A stretch of DNA of 56,393 nucleotides, counting the filler, from Sphacelaria rigidula (taxonomy: Eukaryota): the NCBI GenBank assembly GCA_964200075.2. It is 5 parts of 5 records of this genome, joined end to end, with 100 filler letters (N's around TTAATTAATTAA, not from the genome) between each part and the next. Parts side by side here need not be neighbours in the genome. Positions count along the whole stretch, not along the records: positions 22,599 to 33,797 come from CAXNAA020005252.1; positions 33,898 to 45,095 come from CAXNAA020005253.1; 3 more parts are not named here. One strand, written 5' to 3'. This document shows, one piece after another, positions 24,164-35,435 of the stretch (the stretch's first letter is position 1; every line of letters starts with the position of its first letter). The translations under genes and the position numbers were made by a program. The notes under the pieces were generated by a model, which had not been told where the DNA came from, searched no databases, and was given only the letters and a program-made list of their open reading frames with translations.

Positions 24164-26192
24164 GCCAAAACGTGCGCTGAAGTATGTAAAAGTCTGTAAT
24201 TACTTGATTGAAGTACAGAATCGCCCTTTTTGGGGGATGTTTTTACTGTAAGAATTCCAGCCGATTCAGTTTTTGGAGTGGAGCAACGAAAATGGGTAGA
24301 CATGTTTTCTTGGGATACCACCTAAACCTTAGATGTCAAAATTCTGGCGTTGGTGCATTCTGTACCGGTTTCCTGGGGTCTTTATGCTGGTACCCCCGGA
24401 AGCCGGTAGAGAACGGAGAAACTATGAAATCTTGCCAATAATATCATTTTTTCATTTGGAGCATTAATACCTACGGAACTGCCAAGTTTGAGGATGATCT
24501 GAGCTCTTCTCCAACAGATTAAAGGGAAATCGTCTCGAGGTTCCGTGGGTCTTTCGTACGTATCATGGGTGGAAATTAGACGACGCCAAAGCTCCACATC
24601 ACCGAAACATTGGAACCGCTTTCAAATCGTTTTCTCCCGTTAGCTTCCCAAGCTGATGACGGTTACTACGATTTGAACCATGTGGAGATTCGGTGGAAAT
24701 TGGCCTTGGAATTCGTGTTTTCAATTTCGGAACAATTTGAAAGGCGCTGATTGATCGAGGCATATTTTTGTCCATAGCGCCACCGCTATAGCCTTGAATA
24801 AAAATCCGGCTGTCTCACCCTTTTCGTCTGTTCATTGCGGTCAGTATGATACCACATTTGTGCATATTGGCTGGGTATTGCGTTCGTTATTAGCCGGGGA
24901 ATACATTTTGGGTGTCTAATCTGAACCAGCTTGTAGTGTCGTCTTCCTAATGCACGCCGTATTGAGCTGCAGGCGACAGAGTACTGTACACGATTGCACT
25001 GCCGAGCATGGTATGGACAGTAGCTTTGTACACTATTAGTCACACATCAGAACAAAGGTGCAGCACATCACACATTTTCATACTGTACTTTATGTAAAGT
25101 TTTCGGTGTTGAAGGCGGCGCAATTGGGTGTGCAGGGCATGCATGCACAAAAATGTGTCGAGTTACTTGCTCGTTGAAGCAAATGACCTAATTCCTTTTC
25201 ATGTGGATTGAATACATCATGCACTAGCCGGAACGCGTCCTTTTGACCTGGTGCCCTGAGCGTGGTAGCCGCCTATCGGCGTTGCGTTGTGCACGAGATG
25301 CACCATTGTAGAGCACCCCTTTTCAGACCACCCCACGCGGGAAATCATCACTATTTCAGCCTGAAATCTACACCCATGATCCCGCCTTGAGCAAAGCTTG
25401 CAACCGATGGCATGCGCTGGGCCGATGCTCCCTTGTATCGGACCCACCGCTCGTGTGAACTTTGTCTACTTCATGGCTGATATCAGCCGAATGCTTGTCA
25501 AATGGTTCTTCTATGCAGGCATTCCGGTATTGGATTGTTTTATTTTATTCTGGCGCATGGTCGGATCGATCACACCCGCCTCGGTGCCTTGCAATACACG
25601 AAAAAGACCAAAGAGCGAAAGTCAATGAAGTCTACGAGATATGTACCTTATTTACACGTTCCCTGCCTACGACGCTTATGTGCGGTAAACTATAAAGAAG
25701 CAGAAACCAAAGATATCCACGTGGAAAAGCATGAAGCAAGAAGTATACGCTCCCCCTGTTGACATGCTATCAGGAAATTCTATCGGTGAGGGGCGGCGTA
25801 CCCTCATCGGCAGATTGGAAAACAGGAAAATACCGAAGAGACGGGAAACGTTTATTTAGCCCTGACATATCGCATCACCCTGCCCATTTGCTGCAGCTGC
25901 AGTAGTAGAAAAAGACACAGAAGCGTCAGAGAGTGCGTGGGGCGTGGTGACGATCCAACGCTAACCTGTCCATGTGCCTGCCCGTAATACCCGTCTCCTG
26001 TGGATCAATACACGATGAAGATACCACATGGAAGGAAAATATAAACTTGTCGAGAAACGCCCTCGAAACTGTTGGGCAACACAGGCAGGGGTTGGGTACA
26101 CGCGTGGAGAGGACGTGCTTGAAGCCTAGGGCCTTGTCCGTAGCGTTTGAAAAGTGTTGTGGGAACTGACGATTGTGTCTCTTGGTGGAACC

Positions 26193-26892
26193 CAGGACTT
26201 TCACGGGTAAACGGGACGGGGTGGGTCTGGAATACCCGTCCTCTCGGACGCGACGGGACGGGATGGGACGGGAAAGTTTCCTGTGGCAAAAAAATAACGG
26301 GATGGCACGCGAAAGAGCAAAGGGGTTACGGGAAAATCCCTTCCGGTCTCCGCAGGAAAATAATGACCGTCCCGTGGGATTCCCATCCCATCCCGTCCCC
26401 TTGTCACGGGAAATGTGGGAAAGCAATCCGAAAGGACATTGCGCTGAGACGGGTCTTCCGTGCGAGCGATGCCTTCAGGTTTCAGCATACAACAATATCG
26501 GAGATTCCAACCTTTTCGATATAGTACATGTGTAACATGCGGTCATTATCCGAATATACCCCCAAGATATGTTCAATCTCCCGTGAGGTTGGACCGGATT
26601 TCCCGTTCGATTGACGGGACGTTCGGAGTGGACGGAACGGGATTACGTGTGAGGCACAACGGAAAACTCTCATTACCATCTCGCGTCGGCGGGACGGAAA
26701 TTAGCCCCGTCCCTACAATGACGACGGGACGAGACGGGAAACTTTCCCATCGCCGAACACTCAAGGGATGCGACGGGACGTTTGGGAATAAGTCGGGACG
26801 GGATAGGTCGGGACGTCCGCGCCCAGAATCATGGCGAGAAATCCGTCCCGTTCCGTTGTTTTTCCCATGGAATTTCCCCCGTGAAAACCCTA
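26193..26892. mobile_element. MITE-like element rich in GGGAC/GTCCC subrepeats
   Basis: Ends CAGGACTTTCACGGG / CCCGTGAAAACCCTA; many ACGGGAC motifs; GTGGAACC occurs on both flanks but is offset by 5 nt on the right. Confidence 0.6.
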
Positions 26893-27454
26893 AACTAGTG
26901 GAACCAGCCTATAACTTATCCAAAACACGATGATTGAACTAGGATAAAGTCCAGTGACAGTGAATGGACAAAGGAAAACATAGGACGCCAGAACTAGAAC
27001 TAAAACCGGAGATGAAGAAAAGCAGAAATGAATATTCATAGCATTTTGTTTACATCGAAAACGCGTCATGTCTTGCTTTTTGTTCGTTCTCGTGCGGTGG
27101 ACGAGCTATTTCCCGTCGACCTCAACTCAAGAGTCAGGGCGATCACAGAGGAAAAGAGAAGGGCACAGAGAAACATGCAGACAGACACACACAGAGAGAC
27201 AAAGAGAGTGAGCGAGCATAAGTGGGGTTTCTCCGACGACGGCAGCGGTGATAATACTGTACCAGTAATAATAGCAGTGATGATATTGGGAAAACATTAT
27301 GGAAGACTGCGCGTCGAGCGAGCACTCTCGAAAAAGTTACTGTATGAAAATGGTGGTGATGAACGATTGATAGCAGCAATGATGGGGAGAGTGACAACCA
27401 ATGCATGGCCAGTGTCTCACTTGTCGCCCCTACCACCCTCCACCCCTCTCGCAG

Positions 27455-27675
27455 CTGAAGTGTCCCTCATGCGGATTTTGCAGAGACAAGTACGAGGCAT
27501 TGCCTCGTACTTGTCTCTGCCGCTGCCGCTGGCTGCGCTGGTTGATGGAGAGTGCTCTCTGAAGGAGGTATTGAAGCACTTCACAGGCGTTGAAGTGATG
27601 GGCGACGGCAACCGATGGGAGTGCGGGGGCTACAAGCAACACGTGCGCGCGGAAAAGCGCGTAACGATGTACAAT
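27455..27675 (+). pseudogene. USP exon (fingers subdomain) with a frameshift
   Basis: CAG|LKCPSCGFCRDKYEAL, frame change near 27503, then SYLSLPLP...SLKEVLKHFTGVEVMGDGNRWECGGYKQHVRAEKRVTMYN|GTGAT. Confidence 0.75.
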
Positions 27676-29168
27676 GTGATTATGTTCTTTCGTTCACAAT
27701 CGTGATGTACCTCCGTGCAATTCGTTCTTTTTGTGTGGCTCGTGACCTGTTTTTTGGAACAGTTCCGGTGCTTGATTGCGTTAGGGGGAGAGGAGAACTG
27801 TAATGATGTGTAGCGAAGTCTTTCGGTGGATTTTGGTGGATATCAGCATGTCTTTTGTGTTTCTGTGATTTCCTTTTTGTAGATGTCGCGTTTTTGTTCC
27901 AAACTGCAAGACTCTATTTCGAATAATGACTGAGCCGTGCGGCGGAAGCGCCGAATATGTTTTTCGTGTATTTAAAATGCCGGAGGTTGATCGGTCTGTG
28001 AAGACTACGGACACGTTCCTAAAAGTATAAAATGGAATTGAGGACAAACACAGCGCAGGGGTTGGCACTGGCGGTGTGATTTTTATCGGTTTTGTGATTT
28101 GCCACCATCGTGGCTTGACGGTTGGGGGCGGTGATGGGAACGGCAGACTTTTCGTGTGTGGAGCGACTTATGCTCCGGTTTTGCCCCCGTGTCTTCGGTC
28201 GTGGAATTGGTGGGCCTGGCATACCGTACGTGCGTACAGTAGCTGTTTGATTTGTATTTGTTCCTTCTTCATGTACCGGGCGGCACCGCACAGGCGCTTC
28301 GCATTTTTTTAGAGCGTCTGTTCTCCTCTTGCATGATTGTGACGTGAGTGGATGATGATAGCCATGCCACGGGCGAGAGAAGGCTGTTTCACCCGTACAG
28401 TACAAGTATTTCTGCCCGAAGGAGCCACGTTGAGAGGTTGGCCGTACATTACACCTCCCACGAATTCCCTCATCGCAGGCAAACGACTGCATCTTCCTTC
28501 CCTCCCCGCGCCGGGGCATGGGTCAGACCTTTTCAGCTCCCATGCCCTGCCTTCATCCATCCTTGCACGCTTGGTTGATCGGGTCGTTGATCGGTGGATT
28601 AGTCTGTTGATTTTGGAACATAACCTGACATATTATGCGTTCAGCCACATTGTTACAAGGCAGCAAGCCGTATAAAAAGCCTCTCGGATGGTGACTGCGA
28701 GCACTGGTGTCGTATAGAATAGCTCCGAGGGATGGGATTGGATGAAGTCAACCTCGAGGAAGAGTTGTGGAAATTGGAGAGTGTAGGATCGGGGAGGAGA
28801 AGTTTCATGTTGAGTACTGTACTCATCTTGTGGAAAACACAAGGAATGCATTCGATACAAACAGCACTCTTGAGTGAAAGCAGCACACGTGTGTATAATA
28901 GAAGGAGGGGGAGATAAGAGTAGTGGAAGGAGATATCCCAAAGCAGTAGAAGGAACAGAGTACAAGTACATGGTCGAATAATTGGATGAGGTAAAGTAAT
29001 GAACGACCTACACTACAGAATTTTCATCTGCAATGTACGAGATCCGTGCGGTTCTTTCAGCTTCACAACATTCCCTATTTCCCCCGCGTCTCGCCCGTCG
29101 TCCTCTGCTTTTCTGTTCCTTTCGAAAAACGAATTGATCGGCTACGTTCGTTTCTTGTTTGTTTCAAG

Positions 29169-29317
29169 CCTCCCAACGCATTGGTACTCAATCTGAAGAG
29201 AACACGGATGCCGTGGGAGGACGAGGCGGGAAAACTTGAGCAAAAAGTACACCTTACAGAAGATCTTCGACTCGAAATGTCGGGCCCGGAAGGCTTCGCG
29301 GAGTACGTACTGACCGG
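29169..29317 (+). pseudogene. USP exon (LKR box)
   Basis: AAG|PPNALVLNLKRT...KLEQKVHLTEDLRL...EYVLTG|GTGAGA. Confidence 0.8.
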
Positions 29318-29700
29318 GTGAGACAGGAAGACAAACAGGGAGATGGAAAGCCAAACTATTATGCGTAGGAGAGGGACGCCAATTTCACGCCTTGAGTATT
29401 TGTACGGACCAGCAGCGGTATTTGTAGTGCTGCGAGATGAAGTCGTGAATACATTGACTCACTCTAGTCCCAACTAGGTGTGCCGTCCGAAGAACAGAAA
29501 ATCACGATGCCGTCAGCCCTAGAAAATGGCCCCAAAGGGTAAGCTAGTCAAGGGCGTGAGTCGTACTCCGGCTCTTGTCCCCCGGCCCCGTTCGATACTC
29601 CCGCTCAGAGAGGGAGAAGAATCGTGAGCTGTGGCCCTTTTTATTTTTTGCTCCTTGTGAATGTGGTGTGTCCTTCATGATACTGGACTTCTGGCAGCAG

Positions 29701-29701
<1 letters not shown>

Positions 29702-29734
<33 letters not shown>

Positions 29735-31070
29735 AAATTATCTTACATCAGCTGATTCCAACAATTCAGCCCGTAGTCAGGAGCAGCAAAAAAAAGAGAA
29801 TGAAAAGGGAAGGAAGAGGAAAAGACCGAAGCAACAGCCACAGAAAAATAAGGTAGCAGCAAAAGGGGGATGAATTCCCTCCGAGGCCCCCATTTATTGT
29901 CCATGGCTTGACAAACACATGTGGTTTTCCCTTACTTTGAAGAGCAAAGGGCGTAACGTCAGCCTTACCCATGACACAAGCAAACATCCATAAAGGCGGA
30001 TTGAGAGCCCTTGGGCGAAAGTGCTGTAGTGGATTTGGCCGAGGATAAACTCGCCTTGGGAAAGCTGAAATCCGCGCCTCTTACGGGAAGGCGTCGACTG
30101 GCGGGGCTGCGTATGGGTAGGATTCACCGATATTATCCATATCCGTAGATCGGCGCAGCCAGTATTTCAATACCATCGCGGACATATTTGCGCATGTATC
30201 AGCAGCTGTGTCTAAGATAGCAAGCTATATTGTCATTCCCATTTTCTCATATCTTTGTTTCAAGTGGGTACATTCCCAATTCTGCATTCAATGCTGTATT
30301 ACTCGTCATTCTTGAGCATCCATGTGTTTTCGTAGCTGCTTTCATCTGCACTGTTTTCAGTTTTTTCAAGTTTGCGCTTCCCTGATGTACTTCTCCTGCA
30401 AATTCCAGCTTTACTACAATCACATAAATTGGAATATACCTCTTAATCCTAGTACCTAGATACGAGTCTCTGAGGATCACATCCATCCTGCCTATCTGTT
30501 TCTTGCCCTTTTATATTACTTCATTCATGTGTCCATCCCCAGAACAGATTTTTAGACATCTACGCCGAGGTATGTATACTGGTCTACGATCAGCAGTTCC
30601 TCTTCTCCCCACTTCCATTTGAACTCTACCAGAGTTTTCTTATCTTCGTTACATAGAAGTCCCGCGCTTTTGTTAACGTGCGCTGTCACTCTCCATTTTC
30701 TCATGTATTCTAGCGCCTTGTCTATTTGCGTCCGCAATCCTTCTGGTGTTTCCGTGAACATCAATCCTGATACCATATCTTCACCCACCTTGTCTCCTTG
30801 CTTTGCTGCTTCTGTTGCGATCATGAGGTCAATCATGAACACCTTGAACAGAGTGGTGATGACGTTCGATATTCACCTGTGTAGTATTGTAGCACTTCCG
30901 ACACATTCTATCATCTTCACCCTTCTCCACATCGTTCCTCAAATTCCAGTTCTCCACATCTTTTCCCACAGTTCATATCTCCATACTGAAGGTGTCACAG
31001 GCCTTTTGTACGCCTAGAAGGAAACCGTATGTTGTCAGCCCGACGCCTTTCCTACCTTGAATGATGTCAC
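29702..31070 (-). mobile_element. 5'-truncated decayed LINE with (ATCA)n tail, antisense in a USP intron
   Basis: RT thumb-region translation VSGLMFTETPEGL...KWRVTAHVNKS...VDQYTYLGV; downstream TSNTALNAELGMYPLET; (TTGA)n at 29702-29734 marks the 3' end. Confidence 0.82.
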
Positions 31071-31788
31071 CTAATGTGTCCACATTTTCTACGCAACTAT
31101 GGTTTGGTTAATGGGGGTGGGGGGGGGGGTCGCGTAGTTTCTACAGTGAGTTACCATGACAGCCAGACGAACATACTTTCCACAAGTGAGGTCGTCTTGG
31201 GTGTCAATACACAGCACACACCGAATGCTCCCTTTTCCCAATGTAATCCAGCCGATGCATCTCCCCCCAGTTCTCGAGATCTGCTGATAGTCTGTCGGTT
31301 GCTGATGGTGATGGTCTCTTTCCTTCTGGGAACAGAACAGCTTGTTTTTTTCATCTTGTCCGCCTCGCAACATCGGTTTCCATCTCGGAGTGGAGCAGGG
31401 TTTGTTGCCGTTCGTCACCTAGAGGTTGGGTAGTGCTCCCTTGAGCATTCGCAATTTGTACGTGAAGCGTGTTTCCGAACTTGACGGGTATGCTGTTTGC
31501 TTCTGCAACAGCACCATGTGTTGTATCAAGCAAATGAAATATGTTGGCGACTCCCGGTCCACGGGGCAAGCCTATGCTAGTGGTTTGCACGGTCGTAACG
31601 GGTCGTACTTATCTTGGATCCATTCGACACGGGGAAGACCAATAGTGCGTACCACTCATGACCGGTCCACACGAGCGCATGGACTCACCTGGGATTCTGC
31701 CCTCGCCTTCCCCCCGTCACCGATGTTGTTGTTGTTGTTGCTGTTTTCTGATATTCTATTCCTTCCTCCCTTTTTCGTCCTATGCCAG

Positions 31789-31894
31789 GGTTGTCGTCCA
31801 CGAGGGTCCTTCGATGTCCTCCGGACACTACTACGCCTACGTCCGTTCAGCAGCCGGCCAATGGCAGATGATGAACGACGAAGGTGTGAGTACG
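31789..31894 (+). pseudogene. USP exon (His box)
   Basis: CAG|GVVVHEGPSMSSGHYYAYVRSAAGQWQMMNDEGVST|GTGAGC; catalytic His and ND motif present; phases match both neighbours. Confidence 0.88.
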
Positions 31895-33041
31895 GTGAGC
31901 TCAGCCCTGTGGGCGCCAGATCCTCATTCGGAACGATACCCGCCGGGTGACATCCGACGCCGTAGCCCAGACTCTGTTAAAGTTGAGCAGTTCCTCATGT
32001 TTTCGGCACCAGGCCTCGTTTCGGAGCGATATTACCGGGTGACCCTCAACGCCGTAGTCCCAATGCTATAGCTGAACAGCTCCTTTGCAGCTCCTTTGTT
32101 GGTTGCCAGCACTACCACCTACGCGATATTCAACATGATCTTGGGCACGGTAGGTGATTCGGGAATTCCGCGTGTTCGATCTATTTCAGCTGGTGCTCAG
32201 GGGGTCACGGTTTCATGGTGATCTGTGCCCCTCGTGAGAAACCGTTAGGTTGTCAAGCTATGCTGTTATCCACGACATGCTCACACTCTGTCTTGTTCAG
32301 GAGGGCGAGGCTCTTGTGTTCACACGAGGACTCCGAGAGAAGACAAGCCCCCTACCGCTGCAGCGCCTTTGCTGATGTACACTGTTTGTTTATAGCTAGC
32401 TAGCGACCCGTTTTGATTATCAAATGGCGAAGTAAAGCAGTACTTTATCGGTACGAATGAGCGCATCCGAAACCGAGTCGTGTTCATGTCGCACGTCAAG
32501 ACAAACGTGTTAATGTCCCTGTCTTTCGCACTACAAGTCCCCACTTCGTATGTTGTACAACGTGTGCGCCTTGGCACTTGATTCACTCGCCAGACCAGAC
32601 CGTATCCTCTTCTATGTACTTCGAAGTACTACATATGCCATCTTGACGGGCGGGGTTTCGGGCGCACGTCTATGATCCCCCTCCTAGGCTTGAACTCCAT
32701 GTGAAATTTCGTTTCGCGATCGCGATATGTGATATACTCTGTTTTCCGCTCGTCCTTCAGCGGGTGCTTGTTTGAGCGAAACGTTTTAGGCTAGGCACGG
32801 CTTAGCGCAGCTCCCCGAGAGGGGAACCAGAGGCACCGATTTTTGTGTTCTCGAGGCTATTTTTCTACAGTGGGAAGCTGATCCGACTTCATAGTGTGTA
32901 TTGATGATCCTCTTGCTCGTTTTGTCATACAGAGCAAAAGGCAACACCCCCCGCTCTCTCCCACCCCCCTCCCTGGCGCCGGCTGCTGACTCTGGCCCGG
33001 CCCCGTCCCAACAACATCGCTTCTTCATCCCCTGCGTGCAG

Positions 33042-33767
33042 GTTGACGTCAAGACCGTCGTGGAGGACCAGGCGTACCTGCTAGTATACAGCAGGACTCT
33101 GCCATCGCCAGCGCCGTCAGGGCAGTCACAACCCAACCCGGCGGTGGCGATGGACGATAACGGTGGAGATGCGGAGGACGCGACGGCGGCAGCGGCGGAT
33201 GCGGATGTGAATGCGGACGCGGATGCGGATGCGGATGCGGATGCGGTCGTCACTGGCGTCAAGAGCAAACCGCCAGTTATTGACATGGAGGGCTCAGGAG
33301 TATCGGGCGGGAATGAGGCTGCGGTCAAGAAGAAGGATGGAATGACCGCTGCCAACCTGGTGGCGGGGATGGCAGATGACGGTAGAGGTGCGGAGGACGC
33401 GGCGGCGGATGCGGCGGATGCAGCGGATGCGGCTGTCACTGGCGTCAAGAGGAAACCGCCAGTTGTTGACGTTGAGGGCTCAGGAGTATTGGGCGGGAAT
33501 GAGGCTGCGGCCAAGAAGAATGGGATCACCGGTCATGCACCATCATCCGCGAACCCTGGAGGTCACCTGAGCGGGTGTCTCCCCCTACACCCTAATAATC
33601 AAGCAGGAAGAAGGAAGCGGGGTGATGCAGTAGGAGAAGATACTGTCGATCTCCCAGCTTCACCTCATGACAGCGTGGATCCTCATCATCATCATATCCA
33701 TCACATTAGCGATCTCTCGAACCCGTGGTCACAGAGTGCAAGGGGCATACCACCAATATACCCATAA
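33042..33767 (+). pseudogene. USP terminal exon with Ala/Asp-rich duplicated tail
   Basis: CAG|VDVKTVVEDQAYLLVYSR (the final USP box) then a low-complexity tail to TAA. Confidence 0.78.
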
Positions 33768-33797
33768 CCCAAAAAGCCCGCAGAAGAAGGCAAGAAA

Positions 33798-33897
33798 NNN
33801 NNNNNNNNNNNNNNNNNNNNNNNNNNNNNNNNNNNNNNNNNTTAATTAATTAANNNNNNNNNNNNNNNNNNNNNNNNNNNNNNNNNNNNNNNNNNNN
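33798..33897. other. Artificial contig linker
   Basis: Same 100-nt N/TTAATTAATTAA linker. Confidence 0.98.
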
Positions 33898-34115
33898 TCA
33901 ATGGTCTGATGACTATGGCAAGCATGATCATGAGTACACCTTCACGCAATGCTGCTTTGTATATCTCGCCGAGGATTGTTGTGTGATGAATTCTCGTCGT
34001 GTGTCGGTTGCCCTTGCACGATGGTTGACGGCCCCCATCAGCGGCCCCATCAATTCCTCACCTTCCACCGGCCCCACTGCGCATGCCCTGCAAATGTTAC
34101 CGCGTCCGTCCGCAG

Positions 34116-35435
34116 TTCTGCAAGCTGCGAGGTCCTTGGCTGACTCCCGCCTCCAGCGGATACGTTCGGGGACCCCCACACTGGAGGGATGGTAACCGTA
34201 GCAGTAGCGTTGTGCACAAGGCGGATGGGGGTACTGCCGCCAGCGCTGGCTGCGGCGGCGGCAATCCCACTTCGCCCACTGCAGCTGGAGGAACGAACGA
34301 CGCCGCGCAAGGCAGGAGCGTATCGGACCCAGCGGTCAGCGGTCCTGCTAGTTTTGGAGTAGAAAAGCCTGCGGCAGGGGTACGAGCACAACGGAATAGC
34401 AGTGGCACCGCTGGTGCATCTTCTGAAGGAGAAGCGCCGCCGGGGCAACGGTCAACGTCCGAGGATGCCGAAGGAGCTGCTGCTGCCGCGGCGGCGGCGG
34501 CGTCTCGTCATGATGCTGGCCTCGGAGCGGTGCGACCACCTGTTGCCGCTACGGTGGCGGCCGGGAGTAGGGTAGGAGGAAATAATGAGTCGGTGGGAGG
34601 GGAGGAGGGCGCGTCCGAGGTGGCGGCGACGGTGGCAGTGACAGATGCATTTCCTGGAGGTGATCGCATGGCAGTGTCGCCAGCGAAGAGCACAGGCAGC
34701 CCCGGCAGTGGTGCTGGCGGCGGTGACAAAGGAAGCGCGGTGAAAAAACATACCATCAAGCTTCGACTTCTTCCGCCTTCTGCAAATGCCGGCGATAGCG
34801 GCGGGGCGGGGGGGGAGAAGAGCAGGGCCACCAAGCGATTGAGAGGGTCGTCGTCATCATCTCCGGCGGCGTCGGTTTCACCGTTAAATGTCGCGGGCGG
34901 CGGTGGCAAACGGGACGAGAGCAACGATGGACCGGACATCGATGACAGGGGAAGGTCCGTCGAGCGCCGTCGATCTGGATCTGCCGGAAGTTCGTCAGGA
35001 GTGGCGGCGGCGACGCGGTCTGGCGGTAGCAGCAGGAGCAGATGTACCGGAAGCGCCAGTGTCGATTCTTCTGCACCCTCGCTCGTGGCGGCCGTTGCCG
35101 CCAAGTCTCCAAAAGCTGGTGCGGTGATGTCCCGAGGGGGTAAAGAGGCCGCGATGGCACGCTTGGCGGCAGGGCGAGCGACGGCCGCCGCCGCCGCCGC
35201 CGCCGCCGCCGCTGCTACGACAGGATCGGGGTCGGACGCCGAAGCGGAGGCACGGTCATTGTCGAAGAGCAACAAAGCGGCGATGTCGAGCAATGATCGT
35301 TCGTTGTCGCCATCCTCCTGCGATGGAGAAAGTAGTCGTGGTTTGATGCGGGATGTGAGTGAAGGCGGAGTGGACGGAGATGCAGATGCGGTGGTGGCCG
35401 CTGCATGTGCAGATACATCCTCATCGAGTGGGTAG
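34116..35435 (+). CDS. Probable terminal exon of an unidentified gene (Ala/Gly/Ser-rich, disordered)
   Basis: CGCAG acceptor, 1.3-kb GC-rich open frame FCKLRGPWLTPASSGYVRGPPHW... with poly-Ala runs, TAG stop and UTR-like GT-rich sequence after it. Confidence 0.6.
   Translation, partial: FCKLRGPWLTPASSGYVRGPPHWRDGNRSSSVVHKADGGTAASAGCGGGNPTSPTAAGGTNDAAQGRSVSDPAVSGPASFGVEKPAAGVRAQRNSSGTAGASSEGEAPPGQRSTSEDAEGAAAAAAAAASRHDAGLGAVRPPVAATVAAGSRVGGNNESVGGEEGASEVAATVAVTDAFPGGDRMAVSPAKSTGSPGSGAGGGDKGSAVKKHTIKLRLLPPSANAGDSGGAGGEKSRATKRLRGSSSSSPAASVSPLNVAGGGGKRDESNDGPDIDDRGRSVERRRSGSAGSSSGVAAATRSGGSSRSRCTGSASVDSSAPSLVAAVAAKSPKAGAVMSRGGKEAAMARLAAGRATAAAAAAAAAAATTGSGSDAEAEARSLSKSNKAAMSSNDRSLSPSSCDGESSRGLMRDVSEGGVDGDADAVVAAACADTSSSSG

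Noticed and set aside
34508..35293. Long antisense ORFs (also 18652-19422 and 32786-33529)
   Set aside because: GC-rich codon-bias shadows of the sense coding exons.
32901..35435. Joining the USP tail to the 34116-35435 exon
   Set aside because: They are separated by an artificial linker, and the USP frame stops at 33767.
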